A stretch of DNA of 64,000 nucleotides. It comes from an uncultured Gemmata sp. (lineage in GTDB: Bacteria; Planctomycetota; Planctomycetia; Gemmatales; Gemmataceae). Below are positions 17,124 through 25,342 of the stretch, piece by piece; the first letter of the stretch is position 1, and every line of letters starts with the position of its first letter. The DNA lies in the NCBI GenBank assembly GCA_937924775.1, contig CALDUT010000013.1:22073-86072 (forward strand), given 5' to 3'. The translations under genes and the position numbers were made by a program. The notes under the pieces were generated by a model, which made no database searches, was not told the DNA's origin, and worked only from the letters and a program-made list of their open reading frames with translations.

Positions 17124-17423
17124 TCATTCTGTCGCCGGTGGCAGCAGCTCGCCCGAATCAAGCAAAGCTTGCGCCGCTTCGGCGGCCGCTTCTGGCGTCT
17201 GATAAATTCCTTCGGCCAACCGCGCGGCCACCGTTTCGATCACTTTCGCACGCACTTCGGGCGATTGACGAACCGCTTGCAACAACGCGGCCAGATCCGC
17301 GGAGAGTGTGAACGACTCGCTATCGACCCCCAGGCCGGGCGAATCCCCGGCTCGGACCACCGGGCTGACCCCCCCCAGCGGCTTGGGAGATACGGGCGAT
17401 GCTCCCGTTGGATCAATACGCAT
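17124..17423 (-). CDS. flgM: FlgM-like anti-sigma-28 factor
   Basis: 99 aa, low-complexity N-terminus, then FTLS...PEVRAKVIETVAARLAEGIY, matching the FlgM C-terminal pattern. Confidence 0.6.
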   Translation of the reverse strand: MRIDPTGASPVSPKPLGGVSPVVRAGDSPGLGVDSESFTLSADLAALLQAVRQSPEVRAKVIETVAARLAEGIYQTPEAAAEAAQALLDSGELLPPATE

Positions 17424-17477
17424 GGCCGGCTCCCACAGGTGACATTGCGCGGGGCAGTTGACGCCGCAGCAGATTTA

Positions 17478-17503
17478 TCATCGGTCAGTTTCAGAAAAAT
17501 TTG
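17478..17503 (-). promoter_or_regulatory. Possible sigma-28 (FliA) promoter upstream of the flgM-like gene
   Basis: Minus strand CAAA-N14-ACCGATGA versus the consensus TAAA-N15-GCCGATAA; spacing is one base short. Confidence 0.3.
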
Positions 17504-17599
17504 CCCAAACTTCTCCCCATTCGCCAACTCGCTGGCACATCGCACCATTGTACCCCATGCTAAAGCGAAAGACTATGCCTGTTTCTACCGGAACCGCCC

Positions 17600-19720
17600 A
17601 TGAACACCACACCGGAACCCACCCCACCTGCGGTTGACAACGCATGGACTGCCACGGAAGCTCAAGCCGCTGCGACCGCCGCCACACCGCCCCGGGAGGC
17701 TGTTCCTCCTCAGGCTTCTGGCCGGCGTAAGATTTTCGCTCCGCTTTTACTACTCATCTGTCTGGCGGCCGGGGCGGGGGGAAGTTTTCTGCTCCAAATG
17801 AAGCGTCAGCCCCCGGCGGAATCGTCGGACGATGACGCCCACCCCCCGGTCGCCGCCGCGGGAGAACTCTCGCCGCACTCGGCATTGCTGCACATCGACA
17901 CACTGATTCGTGCCGGCTCTTATGCTCAGGGTCTCGCGTTGTGCCAATCGTCGCCAGCTCCCGCCAATTCTGCGGAGGCTCGCAGTTGGGCTTATCGGGA
18001 AGCCGTGTGTCTGGAAGCTTTAGGGCGATTGACAGATGCCATAGCAGCGTATCGCCGGGCAGAACCGCCCAGCGGCGATCAGGCCGCGTGGGCTCGGGCT
18101 CTGTTGGGGCAAGCCCGGTGTGCCGCCACCAGCGGCGATCTGGTCACAGCTCAGCAATGGGTGGATCGCGTGCTGTTGCAGTCTGGCCATCCGGATTGTC
18201 TGGGGACTACGATTGGCGACGAATGCCGGTTTTTGCAAATCCGGCTCGACGCTCTCCGCTTGGGCCCGGTTCAAGCCCTGGACCCCCTCGATGCCGACGC
18301 CGTTGCCTGGCCGACTCTGGCGGGCGAACTCGACCATTATCACGACTGGCTTCCCCCCCATACGCTCCCCACCGGCAGCGCTGGCCCTGCGCTTCCCAAC
18401 ACCCTCGAAGTGCGACCGGCTCCGGATGTACCTGGCGGCTACGAAGTCACCGCGCATCTGGCCGAGCGGTCGATTGTCGATCTGTTGCAACTGGTCGCCC
18501 ACAATCTGCAGCGGCCATTGCAACTGGATCCCACGGCAGCCGCTCGCTTGGCGAAGGAAGTGACCGCGGTGAATGTCGATGCACTGCCATTAGCGGATTT
18601 CCTCGCCGCATTGACGCACCGCTTCGGCCTGCGCTACCAGATTGAACCCGACGCGTTGATCGTGCAGCCGGGGGCCATGTCGCTCACACGCGAGGCAGTG
18701 ACCCGGGCGTTTCAACGCTTTCTCACCACCGCGCCGGCGCATCCGCTGGCTGCGTCCGCTCGGGTGTGGTTGGGGAATCTTCACTTCCTCGATGGCCGCT
18801 GGCACGAAGCCGCGCGGGCGTATCAGCATGTTGTGGAGAAGTCGCCAATCGCGGCGGCTCTTCCGGAGGCCCTCTACAACCTGGGCTTGGCGGAACTCCA
18901 TTTGGGGCTATTTTCCGCAGCCCGAAGCCGCTTCATCAATCTGGTGGATCATGCCCCGCGGACGAAATGGGTCGATTATGCGTGGTGGTGGGTAGGGCGG
19001 ACCCACCTCGACACCGGGGATTTCGCCAGCGCCCAGAAATTCTTCACCACGGCCCGCCATGGCCGAACCCGGGAAGTCAGCTCCGGGGCGACACTAGGGT
19101 TGTGCTGGTGCGAATTGCTCCAAGGACGCGACAACAGCATCCGGAAATGGCTAGAGGAAACTCGCTTTGCGCCCCGCGAAGCGCATTCAGCGCTGGTGGC
19201 GTTCGTGGAAGCCCTGCTGCAATACCGCAACGGGCCTACCGACAGCCGCCGCGAGCGCGTGCTGCGAACCCTGCAAGAGTCTGCCGATGGCCGCGACCTC
19301 GGCCCCGCCGGCTTCTTCTTCGCGGGCCAGGTTTATCGCGAATTGAACCAGCCGCAGAAAATGGTAGTCCTCTACGACCGTGCCACTGAGTCGCTGCGGG
19401 GACCGCTGGCTATCCGCATGATGTTTGAAGCCGCCGAATGGTACTTCCTCCACGACAAACGCGACGCGGCGCGGTCCCGTTACTTTGCCATCGCGGCCAC
19501 GGATCCCAAAGGTCTGGGACCACAGGCGGAATTACGATTGGCCGAGTTGGCGTTCCGCGACGGCGCGATCGGCGAGTGTCTTGAGGGTTGTTGGAGCTTG
19601 GTGAATCGCTCGGGAGTGAACCAGGTCGACGTATTGAAACTGATGGGCCGGGCTTATGAAACGCTCCGGCAATACCGCCGTGCCGCGGAGTGCTTCGCTG
19701 GGCGGGTGCCGAACGATTGA
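17600..19720 (+). CDS. Membrane-anchored TPR-repeat protein with a central STN-like domain
   Basis: N-terminal hydrophobic helix IFAPLLLLICLAAGAGG, multiple TPR-like helical pairs (EALYNLGLAE, YAWWWVGRTHL), central SIVDLLQLVA...LPLADFLAALT...GLRYQI. Confidence 0.7.
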   Translation: MNTTPEPTPPAVDNAWTATEAQAAATAATPPREAVPPQASGRRKIFAPLLLLICLAAGAGGSFLLQMKRQPPAESSDDDAHPPVAAAGELSPHSALLHIDTLIRAGSYAQGLALCQSSPAPANSAEARSWAYREAVCLEALGRLTDAIAAYRRAEPPSGDQAAWARALLGQARCAATSGDLVTAQQWVDRVLLQSGHPDCLGTTIGDECRFLQIRLDALRLGPVQALDPLDADAVAWPTLAGELDHYHDWLPPHTLPTGSAGPALPNTLEVRPAPDVPGGYEVTAHLAERSIVDLLQLVAHNLQRPLQLDPTAAARLAKEVTAVNVDALPLADFLAALTHRFGLRYQIEPDALIVQPGAMSLTREAVTRAFQRFLTTAPAHPLAASARVWLGNLHFLDGRWHEAARAYQHVVEKSPIAAALPEALYNLGLAELHLGLFSAARSRFINLVDHAPRTKWVDYAWWWVGRTHLDTGDFASAQKFFTTARHGRTREVSSGATLGLCWCELLQGRDNSIRKWLEETRFAPREAHSALVAFVEALLQYRNGPTDSRRERVLRTLQESADGRDLGPAGFFFAGQVYRELNQPQKMVVLYDRATESLRGPLAIRMMFEAAEWYFLHDKRDAARSRYFAIAATDPKGLGPQAELRLAELAFRDGAIGECLEGCWSLVNRSGVNQVDVLKLMGRAYETLRQYRRAAECFAGRVPND

Positions 19721-19967
19721 ATCTGGAAACACAACCCACTTCCGTGCGGTCGCGGTTTGTTACTGCCAACAAAGGCGGCTCGCTGCTGGTGGGGACTTCG
19801 AGGGGTGTTCGTGAGCGATCGTGTCGGGACCAGCCGTGAGCATCGGCGAGGGGTTGAACGGCCGCCCGTTTCTTGGGCGGGTCGCGGCACGGCGGATTTT
19901 CACCTCGGAACTTTCACCCACGGTCTTCACCGCCCCGCGGCAGTGGAGATGTCTACTTTTGTCGATG

Positions 19968-19983
19968 TGTTCCACGTGGAACG
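19968..19983. promoter_or_regulatory. parS-like centromere palindrome
   Basis: TGTTCCACGTGGAACG: 14-bp perfect palindrome GTTCCACGTGGAAC, 15/16 match to TGTTCCACGTGGAACA; intergenic. Confidence 0.6.
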
Positions 19984-20008
19984 TCGGCGAATGTTAGAAT
20001 GTCGCGCC

Positions 20009-20021
20009 GAAGTACTTGATT
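20009..20021 (-). promoter_or_regulatory. IHF-like binding site
   Basis: Minus strand AATCAAGTACTTC versus the E. coli IHF consensus WATCAANNNNTTR (only the last base differs). Confidence 0.4.
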
Positions 20022-20149
20022 TAATTGGATATGCGAAATCTGTTCAAAAATTTACCATTTTCCCCACGAGAGCTAATTGGACATTTCTAGACATAATAAA
20101 TCTACATAAATAGATAAAAGTAGACAAATTGCAACAATGGTGGACGAAA

Positions 20150-21643
20150 CTAGTCGTCCGATCCGGGCCCCGACTTCTGCAAACTCCGCAGCAAGCCGGT
20201 GGCTTTGTGAAGGGTTTCTTCGTATTCCCGGGCCGGGTCGCTATCGGCCACAATCCCCCCGCCGACCGGGAATTGCAGCCAGCCGCGGCCCGCGGTGAAC
20301 GTGCGGATCAGGATGTTGGTATCCATCGCTCCATCGAAACCGATCCAGCCGAGGCAACCGCAATACGGGCCGCGGGCGGTGGGTTCCAGTTCGGCGATGA
20401 TCTCCATGGCTCGCACTTTCGGTGCCCCGGTGACGCTGCCACCAGGGAACGCGGCGGCCAGCAGATCGAACGGTCCTAACCCCGGGCGCAGCGTTCCCCG
20501 CACTTCCGACACCAAATGATGAACGAACCGGAAACTTTCCACCTCACACACCACAGGCACACGCACCGAACCCCATTCGCAGACTTTGCCGATATCGTTG
20601 CGAAGCAAATCCACAATCATCACATTCTCGGCGCGGTCCTTGGGGTTGGTGGTCAGATCGTGGAGCAGGGCTGCGTCGGCCGCGGGGGTGTGGCCCCGCG
20701 GCCGGGTGCCCTTGATGGGTCGCGTTTCGATGTCACCCTGCGGATAAAGCCGCAAAAACCGCTCCGGAGACGCACTGAGAATTTGGAAATCGCCCAGATC
20801 GAAGTACACGGCGAACGGTGCCGGGTTCCGCCGCCGCAGCCGGTCGTAAAGAACCAACGGCTCGTCACGCAACGGGGCCAGCAACCGTTGCGACAAATTT
20901 ACCTGAAAACAATCCCCGGCGTGAATGTACTCGACCGCACGGCGGACCGCGGCTTCATAATCGGCCCGGCGGAAGTTACTCGTCACCCCAGAATCATCGG
21001 GAAGCGGAAATTGCGGACACAATTCCCCAGCCCCGACCGCCGGCAGCACCGATTCGGGCCGAGTGACGCGGCGTGGTGGTTCCGAAGACCCCAACCAGCG
21101 GAGGACCTGAGCGATCTGTTCGCGGGCGCAGTCGGCCCGGGCCGCGGCCGCAATGACCGGGAAGCCGGTGGCGACGACCCAGGCCCGCTGTTGCTGGTGA
21201 TCGAAACTCACCACCCACGGGTAAACCGCGGTGGCTAAGTCGGGCACGCCAAACTCATCGAAACGTGACGGTGGGATCCGTTCCAGGCTGCGGTTGAGGC
21301 CATAGCCGAACAACCCGGCGATACCGCCTTGAAACGGTGGCAGCTCGGGAATGGTAGCCAGACGGAAGCGTTCGAGATCGGCCCGTTGGCTGCGGAAGGG
21401 GTCTTCGCCCACCGCCGGAGCCGGGCCCCGGCAGACATGGTGAGGAGCTGCAGCCACATACGAATAGCGGCCCCGGGGGTGCTGGGGATCAGCACTGTCG
21501 AGAAAGAGCAAATGCGGCAGATGCGCCAGCCGGCGGGCCACACTCCAGGGGTCCGGGGCCGGGAATAGTTCGACAGCTCGCGGACCAGCGGCCGGGGTCA
21601 CCACCGGTATCGCGTCGAAGTGAATCGATACGGAGGAATCCAT
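20150..21643 (-). CDS. pabB: Aminodeoxychorismate synthase component I
   Basis: FLDSA...GRYSY, YIHAGDCFQVNLSQR, SASPERFL, TRPIKGTRPR, KDRAENVMIVDLLRNDIG, FPGGSVTGAPKVRAMEII. TrpE cannot be formally excluded. Confidence 0.8.
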   Translation of the reverse strand: MDSSVSIHFDAIPVVTPAAGPRAVELFPAPDPWSVARRLAHLPHLLFLDSADPQHPRGRYSYVAAAPHHVCRGPAPAVGEDPFRSQRADLERFRLATIPELPPFQGGIAGLFGYGLNRSLERIPPSRFDEFGVPDLATAVYPWVVSFDHQQQRAWVVATGFPVIAAAARADCAREQIAQVLRWLGSSEPPRRVTRPESVLPAVGAGELCPQFPLPDDSGVTSNFRRADYEAAVRRAVEYIHAGDCFQVNLSQRLLAPLRDEPLVLYDRLRRRNPAPFAVYFDLGDFQILSASPERFLRLYPQGDIETRPIKGTRPRGHTPAADAALLHDLTTNPKDRAENVMIVDLLRNDIGKVCEWGSVRVPVVCEVESFRFVHHLVSEVRGTLRPGLGPFDLLAAAFPGGSVTGAPKVRAMEIIAELEPTARGPYCGCLGWIGFDGAMDTNILIRTFTAGRGWLQFPVGGGIVADSDPAREYEETLHKATGLLRSLQKSGPGSDD

Positions 21644-21660
21644 AAAGGCAGTATAACGAC

Positions 21661-21687
21661 GAACCGCGGGGGGAAGCCCCGCGGTTC
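21661..21687. terminator. Hairpin downstream of the TlpA-family gene
   Basis: GAACCGCGGGG-GGAAG-CCCCGCGGTTC; weak U tract. Confidence 0.4.
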
Positions 21688-21710
21688 ACCGCGTTCAGTG
21701 CGCGTGTCAC

Positions 21711-22853
21711 TCAGCCTTTGGCTTTCTCCGCGATCTTGACGAGTTCCTCGATCGCGGCGTCGATCTTGTCGTTACCGGGGTTGCCGATCCACTTGTGCTT
21801 GATGATGCCGGTGTGGTCGATGATGTACAACGTCGGGAAGGCCCGGACGCGGTACTTCGTGAGTACTTCGCTCCGCGGGCCCTCGTTCCACCAGTGAACC
21901 CACGGCATCTCTTCTTTCTCCAGAAACTTTTGAAGGGTTTCTTTTTTATCGTCAGCACTAACACTGATCAGCACAAATGGCTTATCCTTCAGTTTTTTGA
22001 CCAATTCGCGTTCGTGGGGAATCATGGCCCGGCACGGCCCGCACCAGGTCGCCCAGATATCCAGCAGCACCACTTTGCCTTTGTAGTCGGAGAGTTTAAC
22101 TTCTTTGCCGTCCAGAAGTTTGGACGTAACATCCGGTGCGGGTTTGCCAATTCCCAACGACATGATCGCTTGCAGGCTATCGATTTCCCGCTTGGCGAAA
22201 TCGGCGATGGTTTGCCCGCTGCGGCCGACTTTGAGTGTGGGGGCCAATTTCAGGGCTTCTTCAAAGAATTCCGTGGCTTCTTTCACTTGAGCGGCCAGCA
22301 CCGACTCGTTGGCTTCGTCGTCGATAGATTGGGCTTTGAGGTAGCCGCGGAGGAACAGAGCCAATCCTTTGGCTTCTTTGTCGGTGGCCTTTTCGCTCAC
22401 CGCTTTGAGCAGCTTCTCACCGGCTTCGCCCATGTTGAGGGCCGGCAGGAGGAAGTCTTTGACCTTGGCGTTGGCAACATGGTGTTCGGCGAGAATGTTG
22501 ACCGCTTTGGCAATGTCTGGCCCATCGGCGCCCACGGTGCTGCCTTTTTCCAGAATGAAGGCGATCGCATCGAAGGCGACGGTATCTTTCGGGTTTTCTT
22601 CGGCGATCTTGATGACTTTGCTGATCATCAGCAGGGTTTCTTCCCGCATCTCGGCTTGGATGCCGCGGCGATCCGCCGGTTCGGCCCTGGCAAAGCGTTC
22701 CCGCAGTTCGTTGAAGGTCGACTCGTATTTCTTTTTCAGTTCGGCGAGCTTCGCGGCCCGGTCGCTGGAGGGTTCGTCCACTTTTTGGTCTTGAGCGAAC
22801 GCCACCCACAGACCACAGGCCAGCGCCAGTAGAGCGGCACAGAGTAGGCGCAT
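21711..22853 (-). CDS. Exported TlpA/ResA-family thiol-disulfide oxidoreductase with N-terminal helical region
   Basis: Signal peptide; GKPAPD...KVVLLDIWATWCGPC; YRVRAFPTLYIIDHTG. Confidence 0.9.
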   Translation of the reverse strand: MRLLCAALLALACGLWVAFAQDQKVDEPSSDRAAKLAELKKKYESTFNELRERFARAEPADRRGIQAEMREETLLMISKVIKIAEENPKDTVAFDAIAFILEKGSTVGADGPDIAKAVNILAEHHVANAKVKDFLLPALNMGEAGEKLLKAVSEKATDKEAKGLALFLRGYLKAQSIDDEANESVLAAQVKEATEFFEEALKLAPTLKVGRSGQTIADFAKREIDSLQAIMSLGIGKPAPDVTSKLLDGKEVKLSDYKGKVVLLDIWATWCGPCRAMIPHERELVKKLKDKPFVLISVSADDKKETLQKFLEKEEMPWVHWWNEGPRSEVLTKYRVRAFPTLYIIDHTGIIKHKWIGNPGNDKIDAAIEELVKIAEKAKG

Positions 22854-23057
22854 CGGTACATCCTCGGTGAAAGGATTGAGCGGCCCACACGAGCCGCCGG
22901 AGGGATTCTCTCAGTTTACGCCATAATACTAGACGAGTTAAAAAAGGCGACTATTTCCCCCCGACAGGGGATTCCCGCGTTCTCTGAGGTTGTGGCGTTG
23001 GGCCAATCGCGTGGCCGCGGAGTTTCGAAGCAGTGGAGAACCGGGGGGGGCGGGGGC

Positions 23058-24452
23058 TCACTCGGACCGGGGCGTGTTCCGGTGGCTGACTTCGGGCACG
23101 GTGAGAAACCCCCAGCGCAAGGCTTGATCCTGCGTGTAGTTCTTCCCGAGCGTCAGCGCGGTGACGGCCTTGGCGAATTCGTAGCCGAGATAAAAGGCAT
23201 GGGACGGGTCGAGTTGGGGGTCGGCGGCGGCCACTTGGGTGAAGAGTTCGAAGGGGTCGGTGCCACGTAAGTACAGAGAGCCATTGAGGATATGGATTTC
23301 CCCGCCTTCGGCGAAAATGCGATAGTTCCGATCCGTCACGCGGCGGGCGAGTTCCTGCAGGGTTTCTTCGCCTTGGTCATACACTTTGGGATCGCGTAGC
23401 AGGACCAGGTTCGGTTCCAGCCGTTTGGGTAACACTTTGTTCTGCACGGCGTAGTAAACCAACCGCCGGGCCAGGTCGAACTCCCGGACTGCGGATCGCG
23501 CCCAATTGATCACTTCCGTCGTCAAGATACTGCGAATTCCCAACTCTTGACAAAACCCAGCCAGCAAAACGTTGATTCCGGCCGAATCGGCATCGGTCAG
23601 CTCGGTGAGGTTCCCCACACCCATGAGCATTTCCGCTTCGGGGAAGCGTTGCCGGGTGGCGATGTAGCGGCCCAACGACTCCGCGAAGCCAAAGCCGATC
23701 GGTTCCAGAATGGGATCGAGCCGGTGGCGGAGGCCGATTGCGCGCAATCGCTCCACGGTGTGGGCCAAACTGTCGAGGTTCGTGGGCGTGTCGGGAATCG
23801 CGACCACTTCCACATGCGGATAGTGGGCGTGCCACTGCCGGGCGTATTCCACATTCGAGCTATTGACGCTCAGCACCAACTCCGCGCCGGCGGCGAGGGC
23901 TGCGTCCACTTCCTGCGGATTGAAACTATCGATCGAAACGCGGAAGCCTTCGTCGCGTAACGCCCGGACCGTCTCGCCCACGGCGTCCCAAGTGGTTCCA
24001 GGATCGCAGCCGAGGTCGATGATGTCGGCCCCACTGGCGTGGTAGTGGCGGGCTTCGCGAAGAATGGCGTCGCGGGATTTGGCTGGGGCATGGTTGATTT
24101 CGGCCAGGATCTCAATGTTGTAAGCGCCATAGCCCGGCGGTGGGCCGGAGCGGGAACCGAAGAATTCGGGCAAATCGCGGAGATCCGTTGGCCCACGAAC
24201 CACCGGGACACCCAGCGCTTGGGCGACTTCGTCGATCTCACCGCGGCAGAACCCCGGCAGCACCACGCGGTCGATGGGTTTCGGCAGGGGCGGGAGGTGC
24301 CGCACAATCCAAGGCGTGGTCATCAGGGCGGCGACCGTGATCGGCAATACCGCGACATGGGCTTCAAAGCCGGCTTTGGGCGCGAGTTCTTCCAACACAC
24401 GCCGCAGGGCGGGTTCCGCCAACTTTCCGGTGATGAAGAGAATACGCGTCAC
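23058..24452 (-). CDS. Dihydropteroate-synthase-like pterin-binding protein (DUF6513/DUF4346), methanopterin pathway associated
   Basis: ILFITGKLAEPAL, GADIIDLGC, VSIDSF, LDPILEP, MLMGVGNLTELTDADS, HAFYLGYE..KA. GTGA overlap with the GT2 gene. Confidence 0.75.
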   Translation of the reverse strand: MTRILFITGKLAEPALRRVLEELAPKAGFEAHVAVLPITVAALMTTPWIVRHLPPLPKPIDRVVLPGFCRGEIDEVAQALGVPVVRGPTDLRDLPEFFGSRSGPPPGYGAYNIEILAEINHAPAKSRDAILREARHYHASGADIIDLGCDPGTTWDAVGETVRALRDEGFRVSIDSFNPQEVDAALAAGAELVLSVNSSNVEYARQWHAHYPHVEVVAIPDTPTNLDSLAHTVERLRAIGLRHRLDPILEPIGFGFAESLGRYIATRQRFPEAEMLMGVGNLTELTDADSAGINVLLAGFCQELGIRSILTTEVINWARSAVREFDLARRLVYYAVQNKVLPKRLEPNLVLLRDPKVYDQGEETLQELARRVTDRNYRIFAEGGEIHILNGSLYLRGTDPFELFTQVAAADPQLDPSHAFYLGYEFAKAVTALTLGKNYTQDQALRWGFLTVPEVSHRNTPRSE

Positions 24453-25321
24453 GTTGCGGGAACAGGCGACGAACTCGACTCACCGCTGGCTACCGGAGCT
24501 GGGGCCTCCGCCGCGGCTGGTGCCGATTCGTGCGTGAACTGCGGATGATAAAACACCCGGTGGCGGTCGTGAGGCACCAGAAATAGTGGCGGTAGCGGCT
24601 CCGCTTTCCACGAAAGTGGAACTTCATCCATGATACTCGTCAGAAACGTCGCTTTCGCGACCAATTCCGTATGAACAAAGTCGCCATCGGATTGAATCGG
24701 GAAACGGCGGAGAAAGGCCGTTCGCCACAGTTTGAAGGCACTATTCACATCCGCTAAGGGCACGCCGTAAATCCCACGGTCGCGGAGGCGGTGCCACCAG
24801 GCCCGCCAGCCATACCACGGCATCGGTTCGGTCATGGGTAGCCCGGCAAAGAGCCGCCAAAACAGCTTCCAGATGCGCCCCAGCCACTTCACAACCAGCG
24901 GACGTTCAGACCCAGCCCGCATGCCGCTGATGAGATCGGGGTGTTTGCCGAAGATTTCGTCACGCAGCTCAATCCGCTCCAGCATCGGGCGAATGTCGGC
25001 GGGGGTGTAGGGATAATCGACGCCCGCGTACAGCAGCAGGGGATACTGGACTTCAGTCAGCGCTGTTCGCAAGCACGCCCCAAACCCTTGCCGTGTCGCA
25101 TGTTGCAGCACACGCAGGTTCGGCACATCGGCCTTGCGCCGGCCCAGAACGGCTGGCGTTGTATCGGTGCTGCCGTCGTCAACAACGAGGATTTCAAACG
25201 GCCGCTGGAGGGTTGGCAATAACGCCCCCCACGCCGGTAGTACACGATCGAGGGCCGCACCAGCGTTGTGGGCCGGAATAACGACACTGACGCCGTCGCG
25301 AACAGCCGCCCGTTTACTCAT
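24449..25321 (-). CDS. Glycosyltransferase family 2 (ArnC/DPM-synthase-like)
   Basis: VSVVIPAHN, ILVVDDGSTD, QGFGACLRT, DVNSAFKLWR. The DxD position reads GVD. Confidence 0.8.
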   Translation of the reverse strand: MSKRAAVRDGVSVVIPAHNAGAALDRVLPAWGALLPTLQRPFEILVVDDGSTDTTPAVLGRRKADVPNLRVLQHATRQGFGACLRTALTEVQYPLLLYAGVDYPYTPADIRPMLERIELRDEIFGKHPDLISGMRAGSERPLVVKWLGRIWKLFWRLFAGLPMTEPMPWYGWRAWWHRLRDRGIYGVPLADVNSAFKLWRTAFLRRFPIQSDGDFVHTELVAKATFLTSIMDEVPLSWKAEPLPPLFLVPHDRHRVFYHPQFTHESAPAAAEAPAPVASGESSSSPVPAT

Positions 25322-25342
25322 GGAAAAACTGACAGTTGGGAA

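Noticed and set aside
19721-20149. oriC
   Set aside because: The best DnaA-box-like 9-mers I found have three mismatches to TTATCCACA, and no dnaA/dnaN/gyrB is nearby. Kept only as a parS/AT-rich finding.
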